Shown here piece by piece: positions 7,693-15,866 of a stretch of DNA of 41,316 nucleotides (position 1 is the first letter of the stretch; each line of letters starts with the position of its first letter). Source of the DNA: a bacterium CG2_30_37_16 (GTDB lineage Bacteria; Patescibacteriota; CPR2); assembly GCA_001872945.1 (NCBI GenBank), contig MNYC01000006.1:1-41316 (forward strand), in the 5' to 3' direction. The notes below the pieces were generated by a model. That model made no database searches, was not told the DNA's origin, and worked only from the letters and a program-made list of their open reading frames with translations. The position numbers and the translations under genes were made by a program.

Positions 7693-9150
7693 TTAAAATA
7701 TCATCAAAACAATCATCAGAATAGCGGCGATGCCCATTAGGCCGGTAGCGGTCCAGCCAAAAAAGTTAGTGAGTTTACCGTTGGTAAACGGGCCCATAAT
7801 TTTTTTGTCGTTAGAAATGCGCATTATAAAAAACAATAAAATCGGTGCCACAATTCCGTTAACCACAGCGGCGCCAACTAGGGCCTTTATGGGATTAACG
7901 CCAAAAAAATTAAGTAGTAATCCGACAATGGTTGAGGCAGCTATTATTCCGTAAAATCCTTTAGCGTTTTTAAATTTTCTATATAAACCCTCATTCCAAT
8001 TCATGGTTTCGGCAATGGCATAAGCGGAGGATCCGGCCAGAACCGGTACGCCCAAAAGCCCCGTTCCAATAATACCGACGGTGAACAGGATATATGAAAA
8101 ATTACCGGCAAGGGGACGCAAAGCCTCTGCCGCTTGTTGCGGTGACTCAATGTTGGTGATGCCATTTGGAAAAAGCACGGTGGCGGTGGTAATAACGATA
8201 AAAAAGAAAATAATGTTAGCAAGACCCATGCCGGCGAAAACATCTTCTCTCATATCGGCGAGTTCAGCAAGTTCCACTTTTTTAGACCTATCTTTGTCCA
8301 AATGTTTCTTGATGTGTTCTTCAATTTCTTCAGAGGTTTGCCAGAAAAAAAGATAGGGAGAGATGGTGGTTCCCATTACGGCTACCATAGACATAATATA
8401 ATCTTTGTTTATAATTACTTTCGGCACAATTGTTTGTTTCAAAATTTCCCACCAATCCGGATGACTGTAAAAGGCGGTAACAACATAGGCAAGGAGTGAC
8501 AAAACCAGAAATTTGAGGATTTTGGCATAATTTTTGTAAGGAATAAAAATTTCTAATAATACGACGGTCAAAGTGAAAGCTATAAGTAGAAAATAAAAAT
8601 TGTGAAAAATACTTCCTTCGGAAATAAGCATTTGGGTTGAGGCAGCCATAGCGCCTAAATCGGCTGCGATATTTATGGTATTGGCGATAAGTAAAAGGGT
8701 GGCTACAAATATAAGTGACTTTTTGCTGAAATGTCGTCTGACTGTTCCAGCCAGTCCCTCGTCTGTTACTAGTCCAATACGGGCGCAAATTTCTTGAACG
8801 GCAGTCATAAGAGGTAATAAATATAGCGCCAGCCAAATTTGTTGATATTGATATTTAGCACCAACGGAAGAATAAGTACCAACGCCGGAGGAATCATCAT
8901 CGGAAGCGCCGGTGATAATACCCGGCCCCAGTTTTTTTAAGAATATTTTAAAGCTAAATTTTGCCGGCCTATTTAAAAATTTAACTCCGTCGGCAATGAG
9001 CTGAGGGGTTTTTTCTATTTCATCTATCACAAATTTACCGTCTTTGGCAATTTCTTTAGCTACGATTCCGGTGTCTTTTAGGATTTCTTGGTCGACTGCC
9101 TTCGGTACCGCTTTAATCCCTTCTATAATTTTCTTCTCTTCATCTTCCAT
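7693..9150 (-). CDS. Nramp/SLC11-family divalent metal transporter, non-canonical motif subgroup
   Basis: LGPGIITGASDDDSSGVGTY, QEICARIGLVT, ANTINIAADL, GTTISPYLFFWQ; ~11 TM segments. ATG 9150 more plausible than TTG 9207. Confidence 0.9.
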   Translation of the reverse strand: MEDEEKKIIEGIKAVPKAVDQEILKDTGIVAKEIAKDGKFVIDEIEKTPQLIADGVKFLNRPAKFSFKIFLKKLGPGIITGASDDDSSGVGTYSSVGAKYQYQQIWLALYLLPLMTAVQEICARIGLVTDEGLAGTVRRHFSKKSLIFVATLLLIANTINIAADLGAMAASTQMLISEGSIFHNFYFLLIAFTLTVVLLEIFIPYKNYAKILKFLVLSLLAYVVTAFYSHPDWWEILKQTIVPKVIINKDYIMSMVAVMGTTISPYLFFWQTSEEIEEHIKKHLDKDRSKKVELAELADMREDVFAGMGLANIIFFFIVITTATVLFPNGITNIESPQQAAEALRPLAGNFSYILFTVGIIGTGLLGVPVLAGSSAYAIAETMNWNEGLYRKFKNAKGFYGIIAASTIVGLLLNFFGVNPIKALVGAAVVNGIVAPILLFFIMRISNDKKIMGPFTNGKLTNFFGWTATGLMGIAAILMIVLMIF

Positions 9151-9284
9151 ACCTATAAATGTAATGCAAAAAAAACTTTTAGCAAATCCTTTTTTATATT
9201 TTGCCAATTTTTACCATAAAAATAGCAAATTCTTTTTCAACTTCTTATCATAAAAAGATTAGATAATTCCCGTTGAATAGAATT

Positions 9285-9434
9285 ATGAGCGATATGCAAA
9301 CACCATGGCACAGAATTATGTTAAAAAATAAGAAGAAAGGAGAATATATTGAACTGGCAGAAAGAATAGAAATTAATTCTATTAAAGCCGACAATTTAAA
9401 GAAGAGTAAAAAGGGGAAATATGAAATCTTATGA
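9285..9434 (+). CDS. Small basic hypothetical protein (49 aa)
   Basis: MSDMQTPWHRIMLKNKKKGEYIELAERIEINSIKADNLKKSKKGKYEIL; overlaps the start of the next gene; below the ORF-track cutoff. Confidence 0.35.
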   Translation: MSDMQTPWHRIMLKNKKKGEYIELAERIEINSIKADNLKKSKKGKYEIL

Positions 9435-9864
9435 GTATAAAGAGCAGTTGAGGTTAAAGAAACGGAAAACAAAATTACCCGACGTTTCGCTAATCATAGT
9501 TGATTCTCGGAGCGGAAGAATTTTTGATTTTAAAGATGATAATTTAAATTATAAAAAAGAGATAATTAGTAGTTTCCCCGGCAGAGTTAAAAGTGGGGGG
9601 TGGTCCCAGATGAAAATAGAAAGGCATATTAAAGTTCATCTATTTTGGCATTTTAAAAAAATTGAAAAAGAGATGGGGAAAGATAGAAGTGCAAAGAAAT
9701 GGCTGATATTGGGTCCGGATACTGTTATTAGATTATTTTTTAGCAAACTCCCCCAAAATTTGCAGCAAATAACAAAGTTAAAAAATATTAATCCCAAAAA
9801 TCAAAACACAGAAACACTTAGGGTAGCAATGAGTGAAGCGTTATATGAGAAATCGGATTATTAA
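9421..9864 (+). CDS. Stand-alone archaeo-eukaryotic release factor-like catalytic domain (baeRF/VLRF1-like)
   Basis: LIIVDSRSGRIF strand, catalytic-loop-like SGGWSQ, following helix ERHIKVHLFWHFKKI, and LILGP strand. Confidence 0.75.
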   Translation: MKSYEYKEQLRLKKRKTKLPDVSLIIVDSRSGRIFDFKDDNLNYKKEIISSFPGRVKSGGWSQMKIERHIKVHLFWHFKKIEKEMGKDRSAKKWLILGPDTVIRLFFSKLPQNLQQITKLKNINPKNQNTETLRVAMSEALYEKSDY

Positions 9865-9915
9865 TCAGCAAATCGCTAAAACAGAAGTGAATAAAGAATT
9901 AAGTATAAAGCCCCA

Positions 9916-10006
9916 AGAATTGGAATATGGAATATTAGAATATAGGAGATTTTTAGTTTATTCCTTATTCTTCATTCTCATATTTGATTCATAATTCTTG
10001 ATTCTT
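9916..10006. repeat. Inverted heptamer arrays (AGAAT.. / ..ATTCT type)
   Basis: AGAATTG GAATATG GAATATT AGAATAT ... ATTCTTC ATTCTCA ... ATTCATA ATTCTTG ATTCTTG. Confidence 0.65.
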
Positions 10007-10039
10007 GTATTTTAACTTATTCTTTGTTTTAATTAGCTT

Positions 10040-10768
10040 ATGTTTGGTTATTTATTTATCTTTTTAAAAGTTGCTTTCACTTTTGTTGGTGGTTTTTTTA
10101 CTCTAAATAACAAGAAAAGATTAAATATCTTGATGGCCCTAGCTGCCGGAATGTTGGTGGGCGTTTCTATTTTGGACCTTATTCCGGAAAGCCTGCATCT
10201 TGGCACCGATATAAATCAAAATTATATAACGCTCTCCATAGTTATTGGGTTTTTGATTTTCTACATCTTAGAGCATTCCATGGTTGTACATTCGTGCGGA
10301 GAAGATGATTGCGATGCCGATGTTCATAATCATTTAGGATCATTTGGAGTGCTTGGGTTATCGATACACGGTTTTTTAGACGGTATGGCTATTGGGCTAG
10401 GTTTTGAAATAAATCAGACAGTTGGTTTTTTGATGGCTATTCCTATTATTGCTCATAGTTTAGTTGACGGTTTAAATACTGTTGTAATTCTTTTAAAAGA
10501 TAAGAGGACGAGAGCGGAATGCATTAATTGGCTTGCCGTTCAATCTATTGCTCCAATCTTTGGTTTTTTTGCTTCCGCTTACATTACGCTCACCAAAACC
10601 AGTCTGGCGTTGGTTCTGGCTTTCTTTGCCGGACTGTTTTTGTATATCGGCGGCAGCGATCTTTTGCCGGAGGCTCATAAAGAAAAAAGCACTCGAGGCG
10701 CTATGTTTGCAACAATAATTGGTTTTATAATTATCTTTATTCTAGTCGAGTTATTGCCTTCTCATTAA
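10040..10768 (+). CDS. ZIP-family (ZupT-like) metal transporter
   Basis: AAGMLVGVSILDLIPES, His/Cys/Asp-rich loop HSCGEDDCDADVHNH, HGFLDG, HSLVDG, SDLLPEAH. Confidence 0.92.
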   Translation: MFGYLFIFLKVAFTFVGGFFTLNNKKRLNILMALAAGMLVGVSILDLIPESLHLGTDINQNYITLSIVIGFLIFYILEHSMVVHSCGEDDCDADVHNHLGSFGVLGLSIHGFLDGMAIGLGFEINQTVGFLMAIPIIAHSLVDGLNTVVILLKDKRTRAECINWLAVQSIAPIFGFFASAYITLTKTSLALVLAFFAGLFLYIGGSDLLPEAHKEKSTRGAMFATIIGFIIIFILVELLPSH

Positions 10769-11147
10769 GAATTTTCGTTACCCTGTTTGCTACCTCTAGG
10801 GGCGTGAAGTCAGCTTTTATAATGTAGTCGGTAGCGTGAAGTGTTTTAATTTTTTGGGCGACGGTTTCTGAACCCAAATTTGTAAGCATGACTACCAGCA
10901 TGTCCTTTGTCTCGGGATTATTTCGGAGTATTTCTAAAACTTCAAGCCCGTCAATTTTCGGCATCATAATATCAAGTAAAAGCAAATCCGGTTTAAATTC
11001 TCTAACTGCTTTAAGGGCCTTTTCGCCATCCTCGGCAATTTCAGTAATAAATCCTTCTATATCAAACTTTCGCTTGTACATATCTACAAGCTGAATATCG
11101 TCTTCAGCAATCAAGACTCGGTATTTTCTTTCTTCTTCATTCTCCAT
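10737..11147 (-). CDS. Single-domain response regulator (CheY-like)
   Basis: VLIAEDD, LLLLDIMMPKIDG, MLTN, YIIKA. Confidence 0.93.
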   Translation of the reverse strand: MENEEERKYRVLIAEDDIQLVDMYKRKFDIEGFITEIAEDGEKALKAVREFKPDLLLLDIMMPKIDGLEVLEILRNNPETKDMLVVMLTNLGSETVAQKIKTLHATDYIIKADFTPLEVANRVTKILNEKAITRLE

Positions 11148-11161
11148 ATTGAAAAAATCCC

Positions 11162-11563
11162 CTATAGGTTAAGCTTATTACCATTATTTTTTGTGTCAAG
11201 TTCGTTTAATATTTCGGTTACTTTTTCGACAATCTCTTTCGGGGTAAGGTCGGACTTTCTAATATAACCCTCGACTGTGTTATGTACTTTTCCCTTAACG
11301 CTATCTAAATCTAAGTTGGTCATAATAATGACGACGGCATCTTTTGTTTCGGGCGTATTTCTAATAATGTCTAAAACGTCTTGGCCGCCAATTCCGGGCA
11401 TCATAATATCGAGTAAAATTAAGTCCGGCGTTAAAGACATCAGTTTTTCCAAAGCCATTTGACCGTTATTGGCCACTTCAACCTCAAAACCTTCCAACGT
11501 AAACTTTTGCCGGTACATTTCGGCAAGACCAAAATCGTCTTCAACTATAAGAATTTTTTTCAA
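11162..11563 (-). CDS. Single-domain response regulator (CheY-like)
   Basis: ILIVEDD, LILLDIMMPGIGG, IMTN, YIRKS; clear paralog of the neighbour. Confidence 0.92.
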   Translation of the reverse strand: MKKILIVEDDFGLAEMYRQKFTLEGFEVEVANNGQMALEKLMSLTPDLILLDIMMPGIGGQDVLDIIRNTPETKDAVVIIMTNLDLDSVKGKVHNTVEGYIRKSDLTPKEIVEKVTEILNELDTKNNGNKLNL

Positions 11564-11639
11564 AATTTTAAGTTCCTTGGTTAATTAATATTCCTGAAGA
11601 TATTCTATCAGTAAAATGGGTTTTTGTAAAAAGGGGCGT

Positions 11640-13394
11640 TTAAGCCGACCGCTCTTGAATTTCTTCCAAAATCTCTTTCGCAAATTCCTCAACTGATTTA
11701 GATCCTAAATCGCCCTTGCCATAACGTCTGACGGCTACCTTATTTTCCTCAACTTCTTTGTCTCCCACGATAAGCATATAGGGGATTTTCTGCATTTCGG
11801 CCTCGCGGATTTTTTTGCCGATGGATTCCGTCCGATCGTCAACTTCGGTTCTAATATCACCCAAGGTAGCTTTTATTTTTTCGGCATATTCATTATGGCG
11901 GTCGGCAATGGGTAGAATTTTAACTTGAATAGGGGAAAGCCAAGTTGGTAGGGCACCGGCAAAGTGTTCAATTAGAAGCACCAGGAAGCGTTCGTAAGAA
12001 CCAAGAATTGCCCTGTGGACCATTACCGGTATAGCGTCTTTTCCGTGCTTGTCGGTGTAGGTTAGGTTGAAACGTTTAGGAGTTGCAAAGTCAATTTGAA
12101 CAGTTGGAATTTGTATTTCATTTCCTAAAGCGTCCTTAAACATAAAGTCTAGTTTTGGACCGTAAAGAGCGGCCTCTCCTTCGCATCTTTTGGCTTCAAG
12201 TCTCATTTTATCCGAAACTTCCTGTAATATTTTTTCGCATTCATACCAGTCTGCCGGTTCGCCAATATATTTTTCGGGACTTGAGTAGTCTCTAACGGAA
12301 AGAGTAACTTTAAGCGTTTTTAGAAGTCCTAAGGAATCGTAAAAATCCTGAATAAGCTTTACCAAAGTTATAATTTCTGTTTTAACTTGCGCTTTGGTGC
12401 AAAAAGTATGGCCGTCCTCCACCGTAATGGCGATAACTCTTTTAAGGCCAGATATTTCGCCGGGTTTCTCGTCTCTGTATTGCTTGTTTGACTCCATATA
12501 TCTAATTGGCAAATCGCGGTAAGACCTTGGTCTGGAGGCGTAAATTTGGATTTGATGAGGACATTGAACGGGTTTTAAAACATAGTCTTGTTTAAAGTGG
12601 GATTTGACATGAAAAAGTTCGTCGCCAAACTTTTGCTTGTGTCCGGAGATTTCATATAATTCCAGTTTTGCAAGGTGGGGAGTGGAGACCTTTTGAAAGC
12701 CGTGTTTTCTGCATAAATTTTCGATGTGTTTTTGCAGTTCATCTAAAATGACGGTGCCTTTGGGGGTAAACAAGGGAAGCCCCGGACCAATAAGGTCAGA
12801 AAAGACAAATAAATCTAATTCTTTGCCAAGTTTCCTATGGTCTCGTTTTTTGGCCTCTTCCTGCATCTTTATATAATCATCCAGTTCTGACTGAGTAGAG
12901 AATGCTAGTCCGTAAACTCTCTGCATCATAATGTTTTCTTCGCTGCCTTTCCAATAAGCGCCGGCAATAGAAGTAAGTTTAAATGGAGGCAAATCTTTGG
13001 TTGATGCCACGTGAGGGCCGGCGCATAGATCCTCAAAATCGCCGGTTTTATAGAAAGAAACGTTTGTTTCACCTTTGTTTTTTAGGTCGTTTATTAATTC
13101 TTGTTTGTAAGGCTCATTTTCCAGTTTTTTAAAAGCCTCGTCAGCCGGCATTTCATATCGCTCGAACTTTGCATTGCCGGCAATTAATTTTTTCATATTC
13201 GACGTGATGGTTTTTAAGTCCTCAGGGATAAGAGAACGGGGAAGCTCAAAATCGTAATAAAAACCATTATCTATCGCCGGACCAATTCCAAGTTTGGCAT
13301 CCGGAAACATTTTCTGAACGGCCACAGCAAGGACATGAGACAAGGAATGGCGCTTAATTTCAATTTCTTGTGATTCTTTAATTTGTTTAGACAT
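11640..13394 (-). CDS. thrS: Threonine--tRNA ligase (lacks the N-terminal TGS domain)
   Basis: RHSLSHVLA, DLCAGPH, GAYWKG, RDHRKLG, SYRDLPIR, YGPKLD, HRAILGSYERF and the anticodon-binding domain. Confidence 0.99.
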   Translation of the reverse strand: MSKQIKESQEIEIKRHSLSHVLAVAVQKMFPDAKLGIGPAIDNGFYYDFELPRSLIPEDLKTITSNMKKLIAGNAKFERYEMPADEAFKKLENEPYKQELINDLKNKGETNVSFYKTGDFEDLCAGPHVASTKDLPPFKLTSIAGAYWKGSEENIMMQRVYGLAFSTQSELDDYIKMQEEAKKRDHRKLGKELDLFVFSDLIGPGLPLFTPKGTVILDELQKHIENLCRKHGFQKVSTPHLAKLELYEISGHKQKFGDELFHVKSHFKQDYVLKPVQCPHQIQIYASRPRSYRDLPIRYMESNKQYRDEKPGEISGLKRVIAITVEDGHTFCTKAQVKTEIITLVKLIQDFYDSLGLLKTLKVTLSVRDYSSPEKYIGEPADWYECEKILQEVSDKMRLEAKRCEGEAALYGPKLDFMFKDALGNEIQIPTVQIDFATPKRFNLTYTDKHGKDAIPVMVHRAILGSYERFLVLLIEHFAGALPTWLSPIQVKILPIADRHNEYAEKIKATLGDIRTEVDDRTESIGKKIREAEMQKIPYMLIVGDKEVEENKVAVRRYGKGDLGSKSVEEFAKEILEEIQERSA

Positions 13395-13408
13395 AAAACC
13401 TCCTTTGG

Positions 13409-13599
13409 AAATATGAAATTCTAAATACTAAGCACCAAATTCTAAACAAATAATAAATTCAAATTTCTAATGTTTTAAACTTTTAGAATATTTAGATTTT
13501 TGACCCCTCGGGTCATCAACCGAAGGCTGAGATATTGTTTAGTATTTTCCGCCAGAGGCGGATCAGCCTTTGGCTGAAGATATTAGGATTTAGAATTTT
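13409..13599. repeat. Inverted heptamer arrays (AAATTCT/TTTAGAA type) carrying two 30-bp double-hairpin inserts
   Basis: AAATTCT AAATACT AAGCACC AAATTCT...; inserts at 13501-13530 and 13548-13577. Confidence 0.8.
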
Positions 13600-13610
13600 A
13601 AAGTACTTAC

Positions 13611-13643
13611 AAAAATACCCAATGCTCTAATGCTAGCATTGGG
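13611..13643 (-). terminator. T-box attenuator terminator
   Basis: 9-bp stem CCCAATGCT/AGCATTGGG plus U tract on the minus strand. Confidence 0.85.
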
Positions 13644-13692
13644 ACTCCGGCCGTAGCGTCGGAGCGGTTCCACCCAATTTCAGACTTATTTT

Positions 13693-13765
13693 GTCATTGC
13701 GAGCAAAGCGTGGCAATCCTATTGTTCTGGGGAGATTGCTTCGTCGTTTCACTTCTTGCAATGAC
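13693..13765. repeat. GTCATTGCGAG...GCAATGAC palindromic (RPE/MITE-like) element inside the T-box
   Basis: Terminal IR GTCATTGC/GCAATGAC; internal GGCAATC...GATTGCT arms. Confidence 0.85.
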
Positions 13766-13891
13766 TCAAATCCACTCTCTTTTGGACCTTTACGCCGGTA
13801 CCTTAGCGAAGAACCGAAAGTTGGTGAGTCTTTCGTAAACTCTTATTATACTAAAGGTATTTTATCAAAAGATTGTATTAAAATAAATAGG

Positions 13892-14086
13892 TTAATCTAA
13901 CATTTTTTTGATATGCCCGTTTATCAGCCAGAATCTTATGCCAATATAAATTATTAATACCGGCAGAATGAAAAACAGAAAAATAAAAAGACCCAAATAT
14001 ACCAGTAGCAAAACTGCAAAAAACATTATGGATGCAAGAATAAGATCGAATATGTTATAAGGTCTTGTTCTATATGATTTAGACAT
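13892..14086 (-). CDS. Small membrane protein (64 aa)
   Basis: AAGGAGG RBS before the ATG at 14086 (MSKSYR...); long hydrophobic hairpin. Confidence 0.7.
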   Translation of the reverse strand: MSKSYRTRPYNIFDLILASIMFFAVLLLVYLGLFIFLFFILPVLIIYIGIRFWLINGHIKKMLD

Positions 14087-14215
14087 AATTTCCCTCCTTA
14101 AATTTGTAATAAAATAAAGCATGATACATATTTTATAATAGACTATCATAAAAAGACAAGATAATATAAAATGCAAATATTCTGTAATTTAACAATTTAA
14201 AAGGAGTGATTTATA

Positions 14216-14395
14216 GTGGATTGGAAACCAGTTCCAAATGGATTAAAAGATTTTTTCAGAAAAGTCAAAATGGCTCGTCAAAATGAGGAAAACGGATTTT
14301 GCAATGATCTTCCAAACAAAAAAAATTGTCAGTTTATAGCCTTAGGCGGCATTTGTTGTTCTGAGGAAGAATGCGGTTACAGGGTTTTTATATAA
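14216..14395 (+). CDS. Small Cys-rich hypothetical protein (59 aa)
   Basis: AAGGAG RBS, GTG start; MDWKPVPNGLKDFFRKVKMARQNEENGFCNDLPNKKNCQFIALGGICCSEEECGYRVFI. Not in the ORF track. Confidence 0.6.
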   Translation: MDWKPVPNGLKDFFRKVKMARQNEENGFCNDLPNKKNCQFIALGGICCSEEECGYRVFI

Positions 14396-14441
14396 ATGGT
14401 ATGAAATAACATCAGGTGGATCGGATTTTTAGGAGGTTAAA

Positions 14442-14690
14442 ATGTGTGAAATAAATGACGAGAATTTGGTAGTGAAACATGCTTCCTGCTCAAAGTTCAT
14501 GGAAAAGGATAGGAAAATCAAAAAACTTGCAGATAAACTTCTAAAAATTGACTATTCAAATCTGGCAGGTTGGAAAACTCAGGACGAGGTACAGGGCGTA
14601 GTTAGAGAATTGCTAGAAATGGATGATGAAAAAGAAAAGAAGCAAGTTGATCTCACACCGAGGCCGCTAAGAATCAAGTTTGGCATATAG
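14442..14690 (+). CDS. Hypothetical protein (82 aa)
   Basis: AGGAGG RBS; no motif recognised. Confidence 0.7.
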   Translation: MCEINDENLVVKHASCSKFMEKDRKIKKLADKLLKIDYSNLAGWKTQDEVQGVVRELLEMDDEKEKKQVDLTPRPLRIKFGI

Positions 14691-14736
14691 GCTATGATAT
14701 AAATTTACCAAAGCGAAAGAGAAGGGGAGTGAGTAA

Positions 14737-14946
14737 ATGGCTAAGGATCTAAATACGGCAGGTAATGGTTGCACTGCGTGTTCATTTTATGACAATGAGG
14801 AAGTGGAACTTTTTTTTGGGCTATTTCACGTAATTAGCCATTACTGTACATATAAAAGGCGTAGGTTGATTAAGACAGATGATTTACCTCTAAATTTTAA
14901 AGACCCTGACTGCAAATTTCCCGATTTAGATGAAGAAAAGGAATGA
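14737..14946 (+). CDS. Small Cys-containing hypothetical protein (possible Zn-binding)
   Basis: GGGGAG RBS; CTAC...HYC...PDC pattern. Confidence 0.65.
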   Translation: MAKDLNTAGNGCTACSFYDNEEVELFFGLFHVISHYCTYKRRRLIKTDDLPLNFKDPDCKFPDLDEEKE

Positions 14947-14952
14947 TGCCAT

Positions 14953-15396
14953 GTGGCCATTTGGTTTGAGGATTTAAAGATTGGCAATAAGTACAAAACT
15001 AAAAGCTCTATCTTTTTTCAATACGAGGTTAAGATTTTCTCGGAGGTAGCTTATGACAGAAACCCCCTCCATCTTGACTCCGAGTATGCCAGAAAACGTT
15101 TTCCTTTTAGGAAAATGATCGTTCATGGAGAGCTGATTGCTTCAAGAATGACTGCATTAGGGGCGCTACTTATAGGTTATGATCCAATTATGCTTCATAA
15201 AAAAACGGAAACTGACTTTTTGGCTCCCCTGTGTGTTGGTGATGCTTTTTTCTGCGAATATGAGGTAATTGACAAAAAGATAAGCGATCATAAAAGATAT
15301 GGCGAAGTTATCTTTAACGTTAAACTCATAAAGAAGGAATTAGATATTCTTGTTGCCGAAGGAACCAGAGAATTAGTAATATTTAAAAAACCATAA
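14953..15396 (+). CDS. MaoC-family (hot-dog fold) dehydratase
   Basis: WFEDLKIG, DRNPLHLDSEYA, IVHG, FLAPLCVGD. Confidence 0.88.
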   Translation: MAIWFEDLKIGNKYKTKSSIFFQYEVKIFSEVAYDRNPLHLDSEYARKRFPFRKMIVHGELIASRMTALGALLIGYDPIMLHKKTETDFLAPLCVGDAFFCEYEVIDKKISDHKRYGEVIFNVKLIKKELDILVAEGTRELVIFKKP

Positions 15397-15399
15397 ACC

Positions 15400-15433
15400 A
15401 AAGCCGGTTAGCTTTAATGCTAGCCGGCTTTTT
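15400..15433. terminator. Bidirectional terminator
   Basis: AAAGCCGGTTAGC-loop-GCTAGCCGGCTTTTT between the convergent MaoC gene and tRNA. Confidence 0.85.
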
Positions 15434-15555
15434 AAATTGGATTCGTTAACTTAATGGCTTGCCGTTTGAAGCCTTTAATAAAATCTCGTTACTTAACTGA
15501 CCAGCTCTTCTTCACCTAAAGTTTCGAAGGGCATTTTACGCTTCGTGGCGTAAAA

Positions 15556-15632
15556 TGGTGGGCCCGATCCGACTCGAACGGACGACCTCTACGATGTCAA
15601 CGTAGCGCTCTAACCAGCTGAGCTACGGGCCC
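15556..15632 (-). tRNA. tRNA-Val(GAC)
   Basis: GGGCCCGTAGCTCAGCTGGTTAGAGCG CTACG TT GAC AT CGTAG AGGTCGTCCGTTCGAGTCGGATCGGGCCCACCA; full cloverleaf with encoded CCA. Confidence 0.98.
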
Positions 15633-15726
15633 TTATCAATTAACAGTTAACAATAAACAAATAACAATTAAGTAAAGGCGTTCTTACTGTTTATTGCTTC
15701 TTGCTTATTGTTTTTTTGACTCAAAC

Positions 15727-15755
15727 AATATACCAAAATTGTGTTCAAAAGTAAA
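15727..15755 (-). promoter_or_regulatory. Candidate sigma70 promoter for the tRNA
   Basis: TTTACT-17 bp-TATATT on the minus strand. Confidence 0.45.
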
Positions 15756-15821
15756 TGATTCGAAGCTAAACTTTGACGCTATTTCGGTAATGCTTGAACA
15801 AATATTAAAATAATGCTAAAA

Positions 15822-15839
15822 TTTGTGCAAAGTAACAAA
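15822..15839. promoter_or_regulatory. Candidate operator TTTGT-N8-ACAAA upstream of the CdaR-like pair
   Basis: TTTGTGCAAAGTAACAAA inverted repeat ~28 bp before the start; TTGT...ACAA dyads are typical of PucR/CdaR-family sites. Confidence 0.4.
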
Positions 15840-15866
15840 TGAATTAAACTTTTGAAAGGGTAGCCA

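Larger units (their letters stand above)
13611..13840 (-). promoter_or_regulatory. T-box riboswitch leader of thrS (terminator type)
   Basis: Minus strand: AAUUGGG-UGGAACC-GCUCCG...CGGAGUCCC antiterminator (bulge at 13666-13672) overlapping the terminator CCCAAUGCU...AGCAUUGGG-UAUUUUU; ACC (Thr) in the 5' hairpin loop; TATAAT at 13845-13850. Confidence 0.9.

Noticed and set aside
13691..13900. 69-aa ORF MSLRAKRGNP...
   Set aside because: It is the translation of the palindromic repeat and the antisense strand of the T-box.
15436..15632. Prophage or island integrated at tRNA-Val
   Set aside because: No integrase and no duplicate of the tRNA 3' end found in the window.
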